A stretch of 64,000 bases of DNA from Thecamonas trahens ATCC 50062 (lineage: Eukaryota > Protista > Apusomonadida): positions 172,492-236,491 of the forward strand of contig NW_013657668.1 of assembly GCF_000142905.1 (NCBI RefSeq). Direction: 5' to 3'. Below, piece by piece: positions 1 through 10,034 of the stretch; position 1 is the stretch's first letter, and each line of letters begins with the position of its first letter. The translations under genes were made by a program, and so were the position numbers. A model generated the notes under the pieces. That model saw only the letters and a list, made by a program, of their open reading frames with translations, did no database searches and was not told where the DNA came from.

Positions 1-618
1 TCGAGCGCGGGACATTGTCACCAGTGCGGGTGGCAGCAGGGCCGCTCGGCCCCTCGCCGTCGTCCGAGCCGTCGCCGAGTCGTCGTCCGAGTCGATGTCG
101 CCGCCTACAGCCGGCGTGGACGAGAGGACCTCAATGACCGGGCGGGCAGGCTTGGTCTTGGCCTGCTTGGGAGTCATAAGCGCGGTGAGCATGTTGAGAT
201 CCGGGAAGAACTCGCCGTGGTTGAGCTTTGGCAGATGAACGGTCAGCTCGCGCGTGTCGTCGTTGTACACCGACTTGGCGTCCTCCATCGAGTCTTGCAG
301 CGGCTGCTTAAAGTGCAGCCGGAGAAAGTACGGCTTGACAAAGACTTGAACTCGTACATTCCGATGTAGTAGTCGACCTCATCAAACTGTCTCCCTCTCC
401 GCCCCATCATCGCCCATCATGAGTCGCCGGACAACGCGCCGCGTTGGTCATCCCGCCACTGTCCCGCACACGCCCACACGCCCACACGCCCGCACGCCCC
501 CGCCCGGGTGGCCACCCTTCCACCACCACCAGCGAAACCATACCTTGATCGACTTGAGCACAATGTGAACATACACAAACTCGTTGTCTTGCGAGAGTCT
601 GAACACCGGCGTGATCAT
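1..618 (-). CDS. SHQ1: H/ACA RNP assembly factor SHQ1, 5' part; runs off the window start
   Basis: ATG 618. Exon 1 (618-544) reads MITPVFRLSQDNEFVYVHIVLKSIK. After intron 543-387, exon 2 reads FDEVDYYIGMYEFK(x)FVKPYFLRLHFKQP...HLPKLNHGEFFPDLNMLTALM, matching the SHQ1 CS domain (MLTPxFxLSQD...KPYFLRL...LNMLTALL). One base is missing at ~344. Confidence 0.9.
387..543 (-). other. Spliceosomal intron in SHQ1 (157 nt, phase 0)
   Basis: Donor AAG|GTATGG and acceptor GACAG|TTT; removal joins two SHQ1-like segments in frame. Confidence 0.85.
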
Positions 619-853
619 GATGCCCAGTACCAACCACAAGCGTCGGGTGTCGCCGGCCAACCCGTCACCGCACCACCTCTGTGCCAACAACGAATGATAT
701 TGAAAGGCCTCACCAGAGCCATGGCCTGACCAGAGCCCAATCGCTCCTCACCGCCCTTTCCCCCCATTCCCCATCCCTCACCTCCTCCCCTCCCCCCCAC
801 CCTTCTCCCATACCCCCTTTCCCGCATCCCCTCCCTCCATCCCCCACCCCCCC

Positions 854-899
854 TCAGACAATGCCATCTCCCCACCATCAGACAATGCCATCTCCCCCC
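854..899. repeat. 24-bp-period direct duplication (TCAGACAATGCCATCTCCCC x2) in a C-rich divergent promoter region
   Basis: Copies start at 854 and 878. Confidence 0.85.
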
Positions 900-1073
900 T
901 TGTCACTCCCAAACCGTTCCAACTGAATTCCTTCGCCATTCCCATTCCCACTCCCATTCCCTGTTCCCGTCCCCTCACTCGTTCCCTCTCCCTCGCCCAA
1001 TTAGCATTGCCGTTACCACCCCTCGCCACCCCACCCCTCCCCACCCCCACCCCTCCCCACTCCCCCACTTCCC

Positions 1074-2516
1074 ATGGCAGAGTACTCAGACTCGCACTTT
1101 GCCTTGGGCGCACATGGAGGCGCCGAACTCGACCCGCGAATCCATGCCGCCGCCCCACACCAGGCCTACTCGTCCGGTGCACCGCCGCCGGCTGCCTCGC
1201 CGTCGCAGGCGAGCCACTCGTATTATGCTCCGGGCGCTGACGAGCCATATGCTGCATACCGCCCAAGGCCATCGCGGGGGCCGGCGCATGTTCCTGATGC
1301 CAATCAAGATCCCTACGCCAACGGCCATAGCCGCGGCCTGCGCATGCCGTACGGCCGCGGCGTCGACTCGTCCTCGGCCTCGGCCCAGCTCGCCTCCGGC
1401 ACCGATCCGCAGCACGAGTACGAGCACTACGCCAAGACCTCGGGCGCCGCCACCCGCCGCATCTTTGACCCGCGCTCGGATCGCGACCGCATGCGTGAGA
1501 TGCAGCGGTTCCAGGCCGCAACCTCGGTCAACAACAAGCGCTACAACCCGGTGCTCCAGCGGTACGCCGACGACAGCGAGGAGCGCGCCGCCCGTGACGC
1601 CGAGTCCCGCCGCCGCTCGGCCCAGCTCCAGCGCCACGCGCGCGCCCCGCAGGCCGAGCTCGGCTCGGTTCGCGACCTCCATGTCGGCAAGCTGAAGAAC
1701 CCGCCTCGCCGCCGCGGCGCAGGCGCCGTCGGCCCGCCGCCAGACTCGGACATCTTCAACCCGAATCCTCTCCCGTACCGCCCGGGCAAGCGCCACTCGG
1801 AAATCGACTACACCCGCGAGACCGAAGAGTGGTGGAACCTGAAGCGCGATCCGCCGCCGCCGCCGCCTCGCCGCCCGCCCAACCCGTACTCGCGCGAGGC
1901 CAAGGAGCTGCTCGAGAAGAACCAGGGGACAAACATGACCGACATTCTCCAGCCTGATCGCCACAAGACCAAGGCCAACATGCTCCGCTCGCCCTCGCCC
2001 ACCCACCACCGCGCCCCGCGCCGCTCACGTTCGCCAGGCTACTCGCTCGAGGGCGTCCACCCAGACCCAGCGAGCTCGTACACCTCGGACCTCCTCCGCC
2101 ACGAGGCCCACATTCCCTCTGCGCCCGAGGCCGCGCCTTCCGTCTCCAATCTCTCAAACATCGGCCTCGACCACACCTCGGAGCGCCGCCAACCGTCCAA
2201 GCGCGTCTTTGCCGACAACGTCCACCATCGTACCTCGTACAACATTGTCTCCGGCCACTCTTACGACGGCTCCGATGGCCGCCCCAGGCTCTCCCGTCGC
2301 CCGCTCAAGCCCGAGATGCAGGCCGGCAAGGGCGTCGCCAAGACCCTCGTCTACCGCGGGCCCGGCGATCCCGGATCCGACCCCGCCACAAACAACGGCG
2401 CCGGCTACTCGCTCACAGGCTCCAAGCGCCGCGGCTTTGCCCCGCACATCTACGGTGAGACCGGGGCCGACAACTGGAAAGAGACCAATCCCAAGTTTAC
2501 CTTTAAGCGTTATTAG
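1074..2516 (+). CDS. Hypothetical, largely disordered Pro/Arg/Ser-rich protein (480 aa)
   Basis: Long ORF with C-ending codon bias. ATG follows the C-rich leader seen before other + strand genes here. No recognised domain; short YNPVLQRY and YNIVSG motifs. Confidence 0.75.
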   Translation: MAEYSDSHFALGAHGGAELDPRIHAAAPHQAYSSGAPPPAASPSQASHSYYAPGADEPYAAYRPRPSRGPAHVPDANQDPYANGHSRGLRMPYGRGVDSSSASAQLASGTDPQHEYEHYAKTSGAATRRIFDPRSDRDRMREMQRFQAATSVNNKRYNPVLQRYADDSEERAARDAESRRRSAQLQRHARAPQAELGSVRDLHVGKLKNPPRRRGAGAVGPPPDSDIFNPNPLPYRPGKRHSEIDYTRETEEWWNLKRDPPPPPPRRPPNPYSREAKELLEKNQGTNMTDILQPDRHKTKANMLRSPSPTHHRAPRRSRSPGYSLEGVHPDPASSYTSDLLRHEAHIPSAPEAAPSVSNLSNIGLDHTSERRQPSKRVFADNVHHRTSYNIVSGHSYDGSDGRPRLSRRPLKPEMQAGKGVAKTLVYRGPGDPGSDPATNNGAGYSLTGSKRRGFAPHIYGETGADNWKETNPKFTFKRY

Positions 2517-2671
2517 TTCATCTACCATAACACCCTTGCTTGCCGAGCCCCATACCGCCGTCGCCGCGAATGCCCGTGCCGTTGTGGCCGTGACTGGCTT
2601 GTGTCGTCACCGCGTCGCCGTAGGTCACCGCGTCACTGCACTCCAGCCCACCCCCGCGCGCCCACGCACCC

Positions 2672-5440
2672 ATGCCGTCCCTCCACTCGCTCCTTGTCCT
2701 CCTCGCCATTATCGTCGTCTCTGCCTCTGCCGCCCGCCTCCGCCGCCGCTCCCGACCTCCGCCGCTGTGCCCGGGCGCCGCCGCGCCTCCCACACATTCC
2801 GCCCTGGTTGCTGCGGGCAACACCGCGTACGCCGAGGCCAGGTTCCCCGACGCAGTCGACTGCTACACAGCGGCAGAGGAGATTGTTGGGCGAGCAAAGA
2901 CGGAGTCGCCTGCGCTGGCGCCGGCTAATCGCGCGCTGGCACTCCTGGCCTGGGCTGATGCTTCGGCGGCAGCCGACGCCGCATCGCGCCGCAAAGAAGC
3001 AGCCCGGGCGGCAGCGGCTGCCGTCCGCGCCGATCCACGACTCTCGTTGGCGCATCTGGCCCGCGGCCTGGTATTCAAGGCTGCACGCAAGATCGATCGC
3101 GCTCTGGCTGCCTTTCGCAAGGCCGACGCCCTCGCTCCAGCTACCGATGCGTCGGCCGCCCTGCTTGCCGCCGGCCTGTTGTTTGAAGAGAGCGAGTTTG
3201 CCGCCGCTGCTGACGCCTACGGTGACATTGTTGACTCTGGTCGCACCGCTGACCCGAGGTATTTGTTCAACGCGGGGCTGGCGGCCGCGCGCGCAGGCGA
3301 TCATGCCCGCGCTGCTGCCTGGTTTACCCGCGCCGCCGACGATCCGAGCCTCACCGACGCCCGCCGCTACGCCGCATGGTCGCTGGCAGCACTCGGTCCC
3401 GAACGCGAGGAAGACGCTCGACTTGCTTTCACCGTTCTACTTGAGACCGGCGAGCCTGGCGCGTACGCCGATCTTGTCCGCTTCGAACGGACTCGCGGGC
3501 ACCTCGACGCTGCCGCTGAGGCACTCGACGCTTCCCGCCGCCACCTCGGATCCAGCGCCTACCGTTCTGCTCACGGCGGCATGCTCCAGGTCGCCGACGC
3601 CCGCCTTGCCCTAGATGCTGGAGAACTTGCGCGCGCCTCGCGGCTTCTCGACGCCGTCCTCGAGTCGACAGCAAAGCCGGATCCTGCCGCCTATACTGTC
3701 CTTGGCATGCTCCACCGCCGATTTGGTCGCCTTCCCGCGGCGCTGGCCGCCTTTGAGCGTGCTGCTGCTACCATCGCCACAGCTGGCAGTGGCGCTGACA
3801 CTTCGACCTCCTCTACCGCCGCTGTCGAGAATGCCTTCAACTGGGCGCTAGCCCTGTTTGAGTCCGGCGACCTTGACCACGCACTCAGACTCTACCGCGC
3901 CGGCTTGGCATCGATGCCCACCGCCGAAGTTTACCTTGCCCTGGCATCGGTCCACACCGCCCGCTCAGACCACACCGCTGCGCTAGAAGCCATCAATGCC
4001 GCACTGGACCTCGACCCTACCTCGGCGCATGCGCTCTCTGACCGTGCCTTTGCACGGCTGATGGTCCTCGACCTTGCTGCCCGTGACGAGGACAAGTCGG
4101 TTCTCGCCGCAGGCATCGCTGCCGACGTTGCTGCCAATGCTGGTGATCCAACTAAGCGTCCAGCTGCCCGCCCATTCCACGCTCTCGCCTTTGATCTCGA
4201 CCCAGCCATCTTCCGCGACCTGGCTGCTGCCTACGCCCGCTGGACCCTTGCCTCGCTTGCTGCTCTCGAGCTGGAGCCGTACACATGGGAACTCGAGCCG
4301 GGCCAGAGCCGACCGCGGCGAAACCCAGGCCCGCTCCGTGTTGGCTACCTCTCTGCAGACTGGGGCAGCAGCCCGGTGGGGCGGCTGATGATCGACGTTC
4401 CGTCGCTTCACAAGCCCAGCGTGGTCAACGCCTCGCTTCTTGCCCTCCGCCCCTCGGACGGCTCTCCCGGGCGCACCGCCACCGAGGCTCTCTACGGCCA
4501 CGCTTTTCATCGCGTGTGGGACATGGACCATGCCTCGCTGGCGGCCTTTATCCACGACGATCTCCGGCTCGACGTCCTTATTGATCTCACCGGCCACACC
4601 GCCGGCAACCGCCACGAGCTCCTTGCGCTTGCGCCTGCTCCGGTCATTGTCAACATGCTCGGCTATCCAGGCACCATGGGCGCGAGCTACGTCACACACA
4701 TGGTCGCCGATGCCATCACTGCCCCTGATCCAACGCTCTTTGCCGAGCAGTTACTCCTGCTCCCGCACACCTACCAACCCAACTCGTTTGCACGACGGCT
4801 GCCACGGAGCGAGCTTGCTGCCCGCGCAGGCTCCCGTGCCGATCACAACCTCCCGGAGACCGCCACCGTTCTCGTCTGCTTCAACGCTCTCTACAAGATC
4901 GACACCCAGGCTCTCGACGTCTGGGCTCGGCTCCTCCTCGCCCAGCCCGACGCTGTCCTCTGGCTCATGTCGTCGTCGTCGCACGCCGAGGCCGCAATCG
5001 TCGACGCTCTGTCCGCGCGTGGCGTGAACACAAGCAGCTCGCTTGTCTTTGCGCCGCACTTGCCGCACACAGCGCATGTGGCCCGCCTCACCCACGCCGA
5101 CCTCTTTCTCGATACCCACGTGTACAATGCACACACCACAGCGCTCGATGCGCTCTGGGCCGGTGTCCCGGTCATCACCTACCCAGGCGATGCCTTCCAA
5201 TCGCGGGTTGGTGCCTCGCTTGTCTCCGCCGCATTCGCCGGTGAGCCGACCGCCCTCGGTGCTCTGGTGGTTGACTCGTGGTCGGCCTACGAGTCTGCCG
5301 CCCGGGCCCTTCTTAGCGGTGGCCTCGCTACGGTCAAGAACTCGCTCGCAGTGCGCCTCGCCAGAGGCACCTCGCCGCTATTCGACACCGCAAACTACGT
5401 CGCCGCGCTCGAGGACTTGCTCGTCGCCCTCTTCGACTAG
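2672..5440 (+). CDS. TPR-containing GT41 glycosyltransferase (OGT/SPINDLY-like) with N-terminal signal-peptide-like segment (922 aa)
   Basis: TPR repeats, then LRVGYLSADWGSSPVGRLM, DLTGHTAGNR, NMLGYPGTMG, FNALYKID and DLFLDTHVYNAHTTALDALWAGVP, which are GT41 catalytic motifs. Confidence 0.9.
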   Translation: MPSLHSLLVLLAIIVVSASAARLRRRSRPPPLCPGAAAPPTHSALVAAGNTAYAEARFPDAVDCYTAAEEIVGRAKTESPALAPANRALALLAWADASAAADAASRRKEAARAAAAAVRADPRLSLAHLARGLVFKAARKIDRALAAFRKADALAPATDASAALLAAGLLFEESEFAAAADAYGDIVDSGRTADPRYLFNAGLAAARAGDHARAAAWFTRAADDPSLTDARRYAAWSLAALGPEREEDARLAFTVLLETGEPGAYADLVRFERTRGHLDAAAEALDASRRHLGSSAYRSAHGGMLQVADARLALDAGELARASRLLDAVLESTAKPDPAAYTVLGMLHRRFGRLPAALAAFERAAATIATAGSGADTSTSSTAAVENAFNWALALFESGDLDHALRLYRAGLASMPTAEVYLALASVHTARSDHTAALEAINAALDLDPTSAHALSDRAFARLMVLDLAARDEDKSVLAAGIAADVAANAGDPTKRPAARPFHALAFDLDPAIFRDLAAAYARWTLASLAALELEPYTWELEPGQSRPRRNPGPLRVGYLSADWGSSPVGRLMIDVPSLHKPSVVNASLLALRPSDGSPGRTATEALYGHAFHRVWDMDHASLAAFIHDDLRLDVLIDLTGHTAGNRHELLALAPAPVIVNMLGYPGTMGASYVTHMVADAITAPDPTLFAEQLLLLPHTYQPNSFARRLPRSELAARAGSRADHNLPETATVLVCFNALYKIDTQALDVWARLLLAQPDAVLWLMSSSSHAEAAIVDALSARGVNTSSSLVFAPHLPHTAHVARLTHADLFLDTHVYNAHTTALDALWAGVPVITYPGDAFQSRVGASLVSAAFAGEPTALGALVVDSWSAYESAARALLSGGLATVKNSLAVRLARGTSPLFDTANYVAALEDLLVALFD

Positions 5441-6791
5441 ACGCTCGCGCTCGCGCCCTGGAACGACCGCTCCAGCGCAGCAGCGGCGTCGGTCGAGTTC
5501 TGTTGGCGAACGAGGGAAAAGTGCGAAGCAAAGGTCGAGAGATGGAACGTGGGGATACCTGCCCGTGAGAGCGGGGCAGAAATGCGGTTGACGATGCCGG
5601 TCTCGGTAAACCCATCCCCGCCGCCGACGTTGCCCTCGACTCGGAGTGGGACCCAGGTGTGTGACCAGAGCGTGAGGCCGGGCACCTCCAGCGCGTCGAC
5701 CACTCGCTGCTCTAGCAGCATCGAGATCTCATCCGCAGTCTTGGTCAGCGAGAAAAACCGGGTTCCGGCCCCGGCTGCGGCGTTGGCCGACACAAACAAG
5801 TCGGCGCAGAGAGCTCCAAAGACTGCCGTAAACCGGCGCTCCGGCACCGCCAGCACTCGGAGTGCATCACCGACCGCCGGCCATGTCACGGCCATCGGTG
5901 CTGGCTCGGTGAGACCGGTGCCGGTGCTGGACTCAGCGCTGGATCCGGCGGCGGCAAACTTGGCCACCATTGCCGATGTCGGCGCCGCCTCGGGCAGCTC
6001 GCCGGCAACTCCGACCGCGTACCTGCTCTTGAGCGCTGCAATCGCATCGCGGACCTGTGCGGCCGGAACCAGAACATAGTCGGACGCATACGTCGAAAGA
6101 TAGAAGATCGAGATGTCGTGCTCGGCCAGCGGCGCCGAGAGCCGGCCAAAAACGCCGGCGGCCGACTGCATGCTGTCTTCGGAGATCTCGATGACCCGCC
6201 AGGCCTGGCTGTGCAAGTTGACCACGTCCGCGTGCGGGAGGAAGAGGCTCAGCGTCTCTTCGTCGACCACCAGCGAGAGCTCGTCGTGGATGTGGGTGAC
6301 CGAGACAAAGGCCGACGAGCTGAGCATGCAGTTGATCAGCGCGTACGCCACCCTCGGCAGCGCGTCCAAGCCAAACCCGAGTGTGTACACCATCTCTGGT
6401 AGGACTGAGCAGAAGATCTTGACCGGTCTCCGCTCCGCCCGCCCGCGCAGCCCCCGACCCCGCCCCAGTCGTCCAGCCCGTCCTTGCCGTCCACTACCTC
6501 GCTCCCAGTGCTTCCGCTCCCGCTCCCGCTCCCGCTCGCGCCCGAGTCGGAACCACCAGCCGCACCGGCTCCCCGCTTTCGCCGCCCGCCAGACTGGCGC
6601 ACCATAGGGAAGGGAGCCTGTGCAAAGACTGGTGAGGTACCGAGCGTGTCGGTGTCTGTCTCGGTCTCAGTCCCGGTCTCGGTTCCGAACCCGCTCCGCC
6701 CACAGGGGCTCTCGTCGCCCGACTCGGTCCCGGACCCGGCGCCGTCGGCATACCCGCGTAGCGACGAGAGACCAAATGGTAGACTTGTCAT
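5437..6791 (-). CDS. CASTOR/GATS-family tandem ACT-domain protein
   Basis: APLAEHDISIFYLSTYASDYVLV, FFSLTKTADEISMLL and GFTETGIVNRISAPLSRAGIPTFHLSTF match CASTOR ACT2-ACT4. Core ORF is 6393-5437. Probable ATG 6791 with a Gly/Ser-rich N-tail, joined by a 1-nt frame break at ~6450-6467. Confidence 0.85.
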
Positions 6792-7046
6792 TATGGTGGT
6801 AGTGGTGGTAGTGGTGGTGGTGGAGAGGGGAAGAGGAGTGGTCGGGTGGTCGGGTGGGGGCAGGAGTGGGGGACAGCGCAGCATGGCCGGGTGGTGGTGG
6901 TGGTGGCTCGCCATTTGGAGTCTCTCCCGCTTTCCTCTGTCTCCTTCTGCCTTCTTTTCCCCCGTCACTCCCTGCACGCCCCCCCGCACACGTCCACACA
7001 CCCACCTGCGCCCACCAACACCAGCCCACCAGCTCACTCCCATAGT

Positions 7047-7659
7047 ATGGTATGTCTTCCGCAACCCAGCCCACTGTCACCCTCCCTGCCCCCTACCACA
7101 CTCACATCCTCTCCCTCTTTAGTCTCTGAACATCCTCCTGGTGGCGCTTGTCGTGCTGGTGGTCGTCGCTTCAAGTGCGACGGCGTCGTCGTCCTTGGAC
7201 GCTGATGACGTTGTTGTGGTGAATGATGGTCCAGTGGTGGAGAACGTTGGCGATGATCTGATCCAGTGCGAGTCGTGGAACGGGACGTACAACCTCCAGG
7301 CTCTGTTTGATGCGTACAATGCTTCGGGTCAGACCACAAGCATCTCGGCCATTCCGTCGGGCGATGGTGGCGACACCGATTACATCGCCTACTCGCTTTG
7401 TCGCTACTGCCTCTTCTCCCAGTGCTTGCGCGGCACCTTTGTCGGTCTCATCACAAACTCGGGCTCGCAGTGCCAGTCGCTCGCCTCGAACCTCGGCGTC
7501 TTCAACCCGTCCGAGCGCGGTTTCACCCTCGCCTATCCCCAAGTCTCCATCCGTTTCATGTGCAACCTCGGCGCTGGCATCGGGCAGCCGGTTGTGACCA
7601 ACTCGGCTGCTCCGTACTCTCTCGTTTGGCAGTCCAAGTACATCTGCCCCATGGCGTGA
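7047..7659 (+). CDS. Small secreted MRH (mannose-6-phosphate receptor homology)-like protein
   Basis: Exon 1 coding part is ATG only (7047-7049), intron 7050-7122, exon 2 SLNILLVALVVLVVVASSATA (signal peptide). The Cys pattern YNLQAL...YSLCR...CQSL...FTLAY...SIRFMC...YSLVWQSKYIC is typical of MRH repeats. Confidence 0.7.
7050..7122 (+). other. Spliceosomal intron (73 nt) directly after the start codon
   Basis: ATG|GTATGT ... CTCAC ... pyrimidine tract CCCTCTTTAG|; supplies an in-frame ATG to an ORF whose signal peptide otherwise lacks one. Confidence 0.8.
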
Positions 7660-8072
7660 TCGGGTTGTTGACTCTCAGCACCGTCGCGCCAACCCATTAT
7701 GCGTAACATTGCTCCTTTTTCCCCCCATGTCACCTGCCCGCCCAACACAGCCCGAAACCACATGCATGATTTGTCACCTGTTTCGCCGCTTGGACGCACG
7801 ATTCCCTTGTACCGTCACATCCGGACTTGAATCGGTCCGGCCATGCCGAGATCCAAAGCCTTGTTGTCGTCAACAATGGCCGCAGATGCAGTTCACGAGC
7901 TGACAGAGGCACCGGTCAGGCGCGAGGCAAACACGAGTGACCAAGAAAAGACCCAGGCGCAAACTGCGACCTTTTTTTTGCGCCCACACGCACGCGTCTT
8001 GAAGAGAGGAAAGACAGGCGGAAGCACCTGCGGACACACCGTTCCTGCCCCAAAGACGCGAACAGCCTTACC

Positions 8073-9971
8073 ATGACCTGTCGCTTCTGGACGAGTGCTG
8101 TGCTTGTTGTACTTGCGGCTGCGGCTGCATACCGAGTCCTCGTCCCGCCACCAGCCGAGTTTGCCCACACCCCGCTGCTTGACGAGTACGACTACGTGGT
8201 TGTCGGCGGCGGGTCGGCAGGGGCGGTGGCTGCCGCCCGGCTGGCTGAGGGCGCACCAGATGCGCGAGTGCTGTTGCTAGAGGCCGGGCCGTCAGACTCG
8301 GCTATGATGGAGGTGGCCATCCCGGCGGGGTGCTCGCTGCTGCAGCGGACCAAGCTCGACTGGCAGTTCACCACGCAGCCGCAGGCTGCATCGCACGGGT
8401 CGATGCACGAGCGGCGCTCGCGGTGGCCGCGGGGCAAGACGCTTGGCGGATCTTCATCAATCAACTACATGGTGTATGTCCGCGGGGCACAGGACGATTA
8501 TGATAAGTTGTGGGGTGTGTCGGGCTGGTCCTTTGCTGACGTTCTGCCGTTCTTTCGCAAGTCGGAAAACTACGTCGCCCGCCCGCTCGCCGCCAACGAG
8601 ACCCATCGCGCAACAGGCGGTCCGCTCACGGTCTCCAAGCCGCAAACGTCATCGCCGCTGGTAGACGCGTTTATTGCGTCCGGGAAGGCGCTCGGGCTCG
8701 CCCGCAACGAGGACTACAATGGTGCTGGCGGCATGATGGGCATCGCCCATTGTGATCTGACCATCAAGGACGGGGTGCGCGCCTCGTCGGCCGCAGCCTT
8801 TCTCCGGCCTGCACTCGCTCGTGCCGCCGCAGCTTCGGCTAGTGGTGTCTTCCATGTTCGCACCTTTGCGCATGTCACTCGGGTGGTGACTGAGACCGAT
8901 GCGGCGTCCGGGAAGGTGAGGGCGGTCGGCGTCGAGTTTGCCGACACTGCCGACTCTGACGGCGTCGCCAGTGAGGACTCGCCGCGGCGAGTTGTCCGAG
9001 CCACCACAGAAGTTGTGCTGTCGGCCGGTGCTGTTGGCTCGCCGCACGTACTCATGCTATCGGGCATCGGGCCCGAGGATGTTCTCGCTGCTGCCGGCAT
9101 TGAGACTGTGGTGGATTTGCCCGGCGTCGGCCGCAACCTCCGCGATCACTTGATGGTTCCTGTTCGGTTCCCGACCAAGGACAAGGCGAGTGGGCATCTT
9201 ATCACCAAGAAGCGTGCTGAATCGCTCACCACGCTCTTGAAGTATCTTGTCTTTAGTGGCGGTCTGCTTACCACCAACGGACTCGAGGGCACGGCGTTCT
9301 ACTCGACCGGCACCTCAGACCATCTTCCGGCGTCGGTGCCGGACGTGCAGATCCACATGATAGCAACCGGTGGATCCGACGTCGAAGCAGCAAACATCGG
9401 AACCAAGCCCGAGTTTGTGGCGCAGGGAGTGATTGATGACCCGGACCGCTGGCAGGCGGGAGGTATCAACTTTCTGCCGATCATCCTCCACCCCAAGTCT
9501 CGCGGTGCGATCACTCTCAACTCGTCGTCACCATTTGACCCGCCGCTCATTCAGCCAAACTACCTTGCGGAACAGGCCGATGTCGACCTTCTCGTCGCTG
9601 CTGTCCATGACACTCTCAAGCTCGCCGCTGACGAGGCGTACGCCGAGTGGATCGACGCGTCGTCACCGACGACGTCGCCGCTTTACGAGTCGGCGCCCGA
9701 CGGCGCCGCCGCCGGCGTCTCGTACTGGGAGTGGCATGTCCGTAACTTTGCTGTCACTGTCTACCACCCAGTTGGGACGGCCAAGATGGGCGAGCCTGGC
9801 GCGGCTGGCACTGTTGTAGATCCGCAACTGCGAGTTGTCGGTGTCGACGGTCTGCGCGTCGCCGACGCATCCATCATGCCGACACTCATTTCAGGCAACA
9901 CCAACGCGCCGTGCATCATGATTGGGGAGCGCGTCGCTGACTTTATCTTATCGTCTCTACAAGGGCGCTGA
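8073..9971 (+). CDS. GMC oxidoreductase (choline/glucose/alcohol dehydrogenase-like), N-terminal hydrophobic anchor (632 aa)
   Basis: YDYVVVGGGSAG FAD motif, RGKTLGGSSSINYMVYVRG, LSAGAVGSPHVLMLSGIGP, YHPVGT, GNTNAP. Confidence 0.95.
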   Translation: MTCRFWTSAVLVVLAAAAAYRVLVPPPAEFAHTPLLDEYDYVVVGGGSAGAVAAARLAEGAPDARVLLLEAGPSDSAMMEVAIPAGCSLLQRTKLDWQFTTQPQAASHGSMHERRSRWPRGKTLGGSSSINYMVYVRGAQDDYDKLWGVSGWSFADVLPFFRKSENYVARPLAANETHRATGGPLTVSKPQTSSPLVDAFIASGKALGLARNEDYNGAGGMMGIAHCDLTIKDGVRASSAAAFLRPALARAAAASASGVFHVRTFAHVTRVVTETDAASGKVRAVGVEFADTADSDGVASEDSPRRVVRATTEVVLSAGAVGSPHVLMLSGIGPEDVLAAAGIETVVDLPGVGRNLRDHLMVPVRFPTKDKASGHLITKKRAESLTTLLKYLVFSGGLLTTNGLEGTAFYSTGTSDHLPASVPDVQIHMIATGGSDVEAANIGTKPEFVAQGVIDDPDRWQAGGINFLPIILHPKSRGAITLNSSSPFDPPLIQPNYLAEQADVDLLVAAVHDTLKLAADEAYAEWIDASSPTTSPLYESAPDGAAAGVSYWEWHVRNFAVTVYHPVGTAKMGEPGAAGTVVDPQLRVVGVDGLRVADASIMPTLISGNTNAPCIMIGERVADFILSSLQGR

Positions 9972-10034
9972 ACTCGGCTGCATAAACCCCCGCTTTTGCT
10001 CTCCAGGTGGCCACCGCCGACTGCGGCAGCCTTG

